Program-made: the position numbers and the translations under genes
Source: an uncultured Acidobacteriota bacterium
GTDB taxonomy: Bacteria > Acidobacteriota > Thermoanaerobaculia > UBA5066
DNA: 64,000 nucleotides
Direction of reading: 5' to 3'
NCBI GenBank assembly: GCA_963779415.1
Contig: CAVZYA010000002.1
Location: 64,001-128,000, forward strand
Notes under the pieces: model-generated
The model's input: the letters and a program-made list of their open reading frames with translations, nothing else
What the model was told of the DNA's origin: nothing
Database searches by the model: none
Shown: in pieces, positions 58,216 to 64,000 of the stretch
Layout: each line of letters starts with the position of its first letter
How positions within the stretch are numbered: position 1 is the first letter of the stretch

Positions 58216-58875
58216 ATGCCGAGCCTGCTGGACCTGTCGCACACGGTCCTCGCCGGGATGGTCACGTACAAGGGCCTGCCGGGCCCGGTCATCGGAGACC
58301 ACCTCACGCGTGAGGCGTCGCGCCCGCTCTACGCGGGCGGGGCGACGTTCCAGATCGGGAAGATCGAAATGGTGGCGAACACGGGGACGTACGTGGACGC
58401 GCCGTTCCACCGGTGGGAGGACGGCGCGGATCTCTCAGGGCTTCCGCTCGACGTGCTCGCAGGCCGCGAGGGCGTCTGCATCGCGGCGCCGCATGCGCGG
58501 GGGCTCGCGGTGGATGAAGAGTTCTTAGAAGGTAAAGAGATCGAGGGCCGGGCCGTCCTTTTCTTCACAGGCTGGTCCGCTTTCTGGGGAACTCCCTCTT
58601 ACTTTCAGCGCTCTTCACATCTGACTTCTTCCGCGGCGTCCTTCCTCGTCGCGCGCGGCGCCGCGATCGTCGGCATCGACTCCCACAACATCGACGACAC
58701 GGAAGACGGGACGCGCCCCGTCCACTCGATCCTCCTCCACGCCGGGATCCCCGTCGTCGAGCACCTCTGTAACCTCGAGGCGCTCCCCGCCTCCGGCTTC
58801 CGGTTCTTCGCCGTTCCCGTGAAGGTCGCGGGGATGGGGACCTTTCCGGTCCGCGCCTTCGCGGAGATTTCCTAG
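58216..58875 (+). CDS. Cyclase/kynurenine formamidase family protein
   Basis: DLSH, NTGTYVDAPFH, VGID, HSILL..GIPVVEHL, G.GTFPVRAFA. Confidence 0.88.
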   Translation: MPSLLDLSHTVLAGMVTYKGLPGPVIGDHLTREASRPLYAGGATFQIGKIEMVANTGTYVDAPFHRWEDGADLSGLPLDVLAGREGVCIAAPHARGLAVDEEFLEGKEIEGRAVLFFTGWSAFWGTPSYFQRSSHLTSSAASFLVARGAAIVGIDSHNIDDTEDGTRPVHSILLHAGIPVVEHLCNLEALPASGFRFFAVPVKVAGMGTFPVRAFAEIS

Positions 58876-58990
58876 ACGACTCCGCCCGGCCGTCCAACTC
58901 CTTGGGGCTCAAGCGTCAAACCCCGCGAAGGACAGGTACGTATCATGTAGCCGGACCGTTTCCCCACCCCGCGACTCGAAGGAGGCGTCC

Positions 58991-60154
58991 ATGGGCCTGC
59001 TCGACAACATCAAACAGCAGATCGGCTCGCAGTTCATCGAGATCATCTCGTGGCTCGACGACACGAACGACTCGATGGTCTACCGGTTCCCCGTCTACAA
59101 CCAGGAGATCAAGATGAACGCGCAGCTGACGGTTCGCGAGAACCAGGCGGCGCTCTTCATCAACGAGGGGAAGGCGGCGGACCTCTTCGCGCCGGGCCGC
59201 TACGAGCTGACGACCCAGAACCTCCCGATCCTGACGGATCTTCGCGGCTGGAAGTACGGCTTCCAGTCCCCCTTCAAGGCGGACGTCTACTTCTTCAACA
59301 CGCGCCTCTTCACCGACTTGAAGTGGGGGACGACGAACCCCGTCATGATGCGCGACGCGGAGTTCGGGATGATCCGGCTGCGTGCCTTCGGGATCTACGC
59401 GATGAAGATCGCCGACCCGAAGACCTTCTTCGCCACCGTCGTCGGCACCCGTGGCCTGACGACGCAGGACGAGATCACCGGACAGCTCCGCTCCACGATC
59501 CTCTCGAAGCTCTCCGACGCCATCGCCGAGTCGAAGATCGCCGCGCTCGACCTCGCCTCGAAGTACGACGAGCTGTCGGGACACGGCAAGCAGATCCTCG
59601 GCCCCGAGTTCGCGGCGTTCGGCCTGGAGCTGTCGAAGTTCTTCATCGAGAACGTCTCGCTCCCCGAGGAGGTCGAGGCCGCGATCGACCAGCGGACGAA
59701 GCTGGGAGTCCTCGGCGACCGCCTCGGGCAGTTCACGCAGCTCCAGTCGGCCGAAGCGATCAAGACCGCCGCGGCCAACCCCGGCGGCATCGCGGGCGCC
59801 GGCGCCGGCCTCGGCGCCGGCCTGGCGATCGGCGGAGCGATGGGGGGCGCGTTCCAGCAGGTGGCCGGCGCGGGTGCGCCGCCGCCGGCGCCCGGCACGA
59901 CGGCGCCACCCCCGCCGCCCGGCGTCGCGGCGGCAGCGCCCCGCTGGTCGCTCACCGTGGACGGCAAGACGTACGGCCCGTACACCGAAGACGCGCTCCG
60001 GGCGATGATCGCCGCCGGACAGGTCGCGCCGGCGACGCTCGCGTGGCACCCGGGCGCTTCCGGATGGGCGCCGCTCGCGAGCTACGCCGGATTCGAGGGG
60101 GCCGCCGGAGCGGCACCGCCGCCGCCTCCCCCGCCACTCGCGCCCGGACGTTGA
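58991..60154 (+). CDS. SPFH/YdjI-like protein with C-terminal GYF_2 (DUF4339)-like domain
   Basis: LTVRENQ.A.F..EG, SPFKADVYF, KWGT.NP, ENVSLP; YGPY...L...TL.W.PG..GW. Confidence 0.88.
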   Translation: MGLLDNIKQQIGSQFIEIISWLDDTNDSMVYRFPVYNQEIKMNAQLTVRENQAALFINEGKAADLFAPGRYELTTQNLPILTDLRGWKYGFQSPFKADVYFFNTRLFTDLKWGTTNPVMMRDAEFGMIRLRAFGIYAMKIADPKTFFATVVGTRGLTTQDEITGQLRSTILSKLSDAIAESKIAALDLASKYDELSGHGKQILGPEFAAFGLELSKFFIENVSLPEEVEAAIDQRTKLGVLGDRLGQFTQLQSAEAIKTAAANPGGIAGAGAGLGAGLAIGGAMGGAFQQVAGAGAPPPAPGTTAPPPPPGVAAAAPRWSLTVDGKTYGPYTEDALRAMIAAGQVAPATLAWHPGASGWAPLASYAGFEGAAGAAPPPPPPPLAPGR

Positions 60155-61203
60155 CGACCGAAGCCGGCCTTCGGAAGTTTCCCTGCGCGGCCTGCGGGGC
60201 CGACGTCGTCTGGAATCCCGGCGCCGAAGCGCTGAAGTGCCCGTACTGCGGGACCGTCCGCGCGGTCCCGCAGAAGCACGGCGAGGTAGTCGAGAGGCCG
60301 ATCGAGGAGGGGCTTCGTGCCCCGCGGGATCTCGGCTGGGGAACGGAGCGGAAGACGGTCCGCTGCCAGCGTTGCGGCGCCTCGCAATCATTCGGGCCGG
60401 GAATCGCCGCGTCGCGCTGCGCCTTCTGCGGGACCCCGGCCGTCGTGGAGGCTCCCGCTTCCGGCACGATGGTCCGTCCGGAGGGGCTTCTCCCCTTCAA
60501 GGTCGGCCTCGATCAGGCGGCGGGAATGTTCCGCGGCTGGCTCTCGCGTCTCTGGTTCCGGCCGAAGGACCTCGGCGAGAACGCCTCCCTCTCCTCCCTG
60601 CAGGGGGTCTACGTTCCCTTCTGGACCTTCGACGCCGCGACGCACTCCGAGTGGGAGGCGGAGGCGGGGACGCCGTATCAGGTGAGCGTCGGGGGACGGA
60701 CCGAGACCCGGGTCCGATGGGAGCCGGTTTCCGGCTTCCTCGAGAAGTTCTTCGACGATCTCCCCGTCGCCGCCTCGCGGGGGATTCCCCGCGATCTACT
60801 TCCTGACCTCGAGCCGTTTCCGACGAAGGACTTCGTCCCGTACGACCCGTCGTTCCTCTCGGGATTCCTCGCCGAGGAGATCGCCGTCGATCTCCCCGAC
60901 GCTCTTCGCGAGGCGCGGGCCCGGATGGAGCGCGAAATCCGGAGCGCCTGCGCGGGCCAGATTCCAGCGCCGATGCACCGCGGCCTCGAAGTCCGGACGG
61001 CCTGGTCGGGTCTCGCCTACAAGAGCGGGCTCTTCCCGATCTGGATCGCGGCGTACGACTACCGCGGCACTCCGTACCGCTTCCTCGTCAACGGCGTCAC
61101 CGGAAGGATCTCGGGGAAGGCCCCGTGGTCGCTCGTGAAGATCGCTTTCGCCCTTCTCGCCGCCATCCTCGTCCTCCTCCTCTTCTCGATGCTCTCGAAA
61201 TGA
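60151..61203 (+). CDS. YdjG-like zinc-ribbon membrane protein
   Basis: TTG start overlapping the upstream stop; four CxxC pairs; GVYVPFW.FD; VNGVTG.I.G..P; C-terminal TM. Confidence 0.85.
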   Translation: MTTEAGLRKFPCAACGADVVWNPGAEALKCPYCGTVRAVPQKHGEVVERPIEEGLRAPRDLGWGTERKTVRCQRCGASQSFGPGIAASRCAFCGTPAVVEAPASGTMVRPEGLLPFKVGLDQAAGMFRGWLSRLWFRPKDLGENASLSSLQGVYVPFWTFDAATHSEWEAEAGTPYQVSVGGRTETRVRWEPVSGFLEKFFDDLPVAASRGIPRDLLPDLEPFPTKDFVPYDPSFLSGFLAEEIAVDLPDALREARARMEREIRSACAGQIPAPMHRGLEVRTAWSGLAYKSGLFPIWIAAYDYRGTPYRFLVNGVTGRISGKAPWSLVKIAFALLAAILVLLLFSMLSK

Positions 61204-61216
61204 CGGGATCGCAAAG

Positions 61217-62194
61217 ATGACCCAAGGAGCCCAGATGCCCCGACGCCCTCTTGTTCTCGCCGGACTCGTCGTCATCTTCCTCTCCGCGCGCGCGCATTCC
61301 GGGACACCTTCCGCGGGCCCCGCCGGCCTCGCGGGAAGATGGGCGCTGGCCGAGGAGGCGAGCGACAACCCGGTCACCTCCGCCGAAAGGCCGGCCCCGA
61401 GCGCGGGTCAGGGGGGTCGCGGAGGGCGCGGCGGCTCCCGCGGCACGTCCGTCACGGCGATGGACCTCCCGCTGGAGGCGGTCACCGACGCCCAGCACCT
61501 CGTGATCAGGGATGACGGTTTCGAGATCCGGATCACCTACCCGGACGGTCGGACGCGGACCTTCTTCACGGACGGGGAGGAGCGCGAGCTGGACGACGGA
61601 GACGGGCCGGCGAAGGTCACGGCAAAGGTGAAGGGGAGCGGGCGCGAGAAGATCGTCGTCTCCTCGACCTGGTCCGAAGGGAACCATCTCAAGGAGACGT
61701 GGGAGCTCCAGACGAATCCTCGCCGTCTCGTCGTCGAAGGGAGCGCCAAGGGACGCCAATCCTTCAGCTACAGGCGGGTGTATCTGCCGGCACCCGATCT
61801 GCCGCCGCCGGCGAAGCCCACTCCCGTGATCGCGGCCGTCCCGACGGCGGCCCCGGCCGCCGACGGCCCGTCGGCTCCGACTCCGGCTCCGGCCGCGTCC
61901 GTCCCGGCGGGCACGAAGCCCGAGTGCTCGATCCGCCCGCCGCGGGGGACGAGCCCCGAAGAGCTGGCCCGGATGGCGAAGATCACGGCCGAGGAGGCCG
62001 AGCGCCGGGCCGTCGCGTCGGTGGCGCCGCAAAAGGTCGGGTCCGTCATCTCCTCGAGCCCGGAGGTCCAGGACGGCTGCCTCGTCTGGCCGTTCGACCT
62101 GCGTCTCCCCGACAAAGGGGGCGTTCAGGAGGTCTTCATCGACGCGGGGGACGGCAAAGTCCTCTACTCGAACTTCGAGAGCTCCGGAAAGTAG
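61217..62194 (+). CDS. Secreted protein with C-terminal PepSY domain
   Basis: Signal peptide; Pro/Ala linker; AKITAEEA...A...EVFIDAGDGKVL. Confidence 0.75.
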   Translation: MTQGAQMPRRPLVLAGLVVIFLSARAHSGTPSAGPAGLAGRWALAEEASDNPVTSAERPAPSAGQGGRGGRGGSRGTSVTAMDLPLEAVTDAQHLVIRDDGFEIRITYPDGRTRTFFTDGEERELDDGDGPAKVTAKVKGSGREKIVVSSTWSEGNHLKETWELQTNPRRLVVEGSAKGRQSFSYRRVYLPAPDLPPPAKPTPVIAAVPTAAPAADGPSAPTPAPAASVPAGTKPECSIRPPRGTSPEELARMAKITAEEAERRAVASVAPQKVGSVISSSPEVQDGCLVWPFDLRLPDKGGVQEVFIDAGDGKVLYSNFESSGK

Positions 62195-62218
62195 AGACGG
62201 AGCCGTCGCAGGAGGCGA

Positions 62219-64000
62219 TTACTTCGCCGGGAACCCCATCTCCTGAAGGAGGTTCGTCGCCCCGTCGACCTCGGTCATGACCCAGAGCATGTTCCGGGTG
62301 TCGACGTGGATGGAGCGGGTCTTCTCCTTGTCGAAGAGGTAGTCCGAGGCGACCGTGTCGAAGGTGCCGTCGAAGAGGAGGCCGACGAGCTCTCCCTTGC
62401 CGTTGAGGGTGGCCGAGCCGGAGTTGCCGCCGGTCGTGTCGACGTCCGAGAGGAAGTCGACCGGGACGTCCTTCAGCTTCGGGTCGAGGTACGGGGTCGG
62501 CTTGCCGCCGAGGACGGCCTTGATGGCGTCGAGCTCCGCCTTCGGGGCGTTGAACTCGCCGCTCCCGGTCGCCTTCTCGAGAATCCCCTTCAGCGTCGTC
62601 TGGGGGAGATAGAAGATCCCGTCGCGCGGCTCGACCCCCTTCACGGTCCCGTACGTCACGCGGAGAGTGGAGTTCGCGTCGGGAGCGACGAGGCCGCCGC
62701 TCTTCGCGAGAAGCGCCTCGGCGTACGAGCGGTCCGAGGCGGTACATCGCGCCGGCAGCGCTCCTTCGTCTTCTCGCGGTTCGCCTCCTGCATCGGGTAG
62801 AGCGCGGCGGCGAGCGTCAGCATCGAGTCCTTCGTCGCGACGATCTCGGCCGTCGACCTGTCGAAGAGCGACATCCGGAACTCCTTGTCGTACATCTTCG
62901 TCCCGGCGTAGAGCTTGTCGAGCCAGGCGTCGCAGGCTCTGGCGGCGTCCGCCTCGCTCATCCCGGGCGCAAGGCCGATCTCCCGGTCGAGGGGCTCGAT
63001 CCGCTGGCCGGCGGGGAGCTTCGCGATGTCGGCAAGGGAGTAGCGCATCAGCGCGCGGTCGGCCTTCGGGGAGAGCGTCCGCTGGGCCCGCTCCTGGCTT
63101 TCGCGCAGACGGGACCAGTTTCGCTCCTGGAAGGCCGGGTCGCGGTCGGCGTCCTTCTTCGGCTTCTCGACGGAGAAGCGGTAGAGCGTCTGTGCCGAGC
63201 CGAGCGCCGAGCCCATGATCCCCGCCATCTCGGCGAGGAGGGCGTCGCGCTCACGGCTCTTCGTCCGGTCGGCGACGAGCGCGTTGATGGCCGGAAGGGC
63301 GCTTCCGTACTTCGCCTTGCGGGCCGCGTCGGCGTCGATCCACTTCACGAAGTCCTTCTCCTGGGCCTCCTTCTCCGCGAGAAGGCCCCCCTTGACCATC
63401 CCCTGAAGGACCCCCTTGTTCTTCGTCAGGCCGTTGTTGAGGCCGCGGATCGACTGCGCGACGCGGAGCGCCGTCTCCTTGTCGTCCTTTCCGAGGGCTT
63501 CGAGGATCGCGATCCGGTCCGTGTATCGCTTGATCGCCCGGGGGAGCGTCCACTCCACGGTCTCCTTCACCTCGGAGTACGGGATCAGCCGGTAGGTGCG
63601 CCCCGGATAGCCCGCGACGAAGACGAGCTCACCCGGGGAAGCGCCTTTCGGAGAGACCTTGAGGAAGTGCTTCGGCCTGTACGGGACGTTTTCCTTCGCG
63701 TACGGGACGGCCTTCCCCTCCTTCGAGACGTAGGCGCGGTAGAACGAGAAGTCGCCCGTGTGGCGCGGCCATTGCCAGTTGTCGGTCTCGCCGCCGAAGT
63801 TCCCGATCCCTTGGGCCGGGGCGTAGACGAGGCGGACGTCCTGGATCTCCATCTGCCCGATCTCGTACCACTTCGCCCCCTCGAAGAACGGGGCGACCGT
63901 GCAGCGGAGGCCGTCCTTCTCGCAGGAGGCGGTCTGCGCCTTGACGCGCTGCTCGACGATGTCGTACCGCTTCCGGTCGGCCGTCTTCGGGTCGATCTTC
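62219..64000 (-). CDS. S46 family dipeptidyl peptidase (DPP7/DPP11-like); frameshift ~62740; 5' end outside the window
   Basis: DNWQWPRHTGDFS, GYPGRT, PDANSTLR.TYG, TTGGNSGS, GLLFDG. Confidence 0.93.

Noticed and set aside
260-62770. Programmed frameshifting or phase variation in the kinases, sppA, rtcB and the S46 peptidase
   Set aside because: I saw no shared slippery motif or repeat tract at the shifts. Compensating indels mask TM helices (~3620-3740, ~14220-14275), which is typical of consensus errors.
1-64000. Many long overlapping ORFs rich in Arg/Gly/Pro/Ala (e.g. 4947..7382, 8556..10421, 43530..46454, and the 5' half of 22706..26602)
   Set aside because: They are shadow or antisense frames typical of very GC-rich DNA; each overlaps a gene with clear family motifs.
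1-64000. CRISPR arrays, tRNA/rRNA, prophage or IS elements
   Set aside because: No regularly spaced repeats, cloverleaf motifs, phage genes or transposase genes were recognised by eye.

Overview
A very GC-rich bacterial chromosomal window with about 50 genes. The expanded eukaryote-like Ser/Thr kinases with TolB/TPR modules, the BNR/VPS10 propellers and the many peptidases suggest an Acidobacteriota genome, possibly Thermoanaerobaculia (inference). I saw no rRNA, tRNA, CRISPR array, integrase or transposase. About nine genes carry frameshifts and three carry in-frame TAG codons, most simply explained as errors in a long-read consensus. The most interesting region is 41.6-56.7 kb. It holds a PAS-LuxR regulator, a PAS histidine kinase, a pseudo-receiver, a sigma54 activator, an Acg-like nitroreductase, RtcB with archease, a tandem USP, a CBS-only protein and a DHOD-like flavoprotein, a set that recalls the mycobacterial DosR dormancy regulon. 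Its intergenic DNA carries a recurring 16-bp palindrome (TGATKC-N4-GMATCA), GAAAAG boxes phased at 22 bp, several sigma54 -24/-12 promoters and a candidate C-rich small RNA beside archease/rtcB. Other points: twin tiny basic c-type cytochromes with matching sigma54-like promoters, a very divergent long GlpX-like phosphatase, an orphan MSMEG_0568-like radical SAM enzyme, a catalytically dead M28 protein, and an ECF/NrsF/MsrBA module with two matching promoters. All family calls come from motif recognition by eye; no database search was run.
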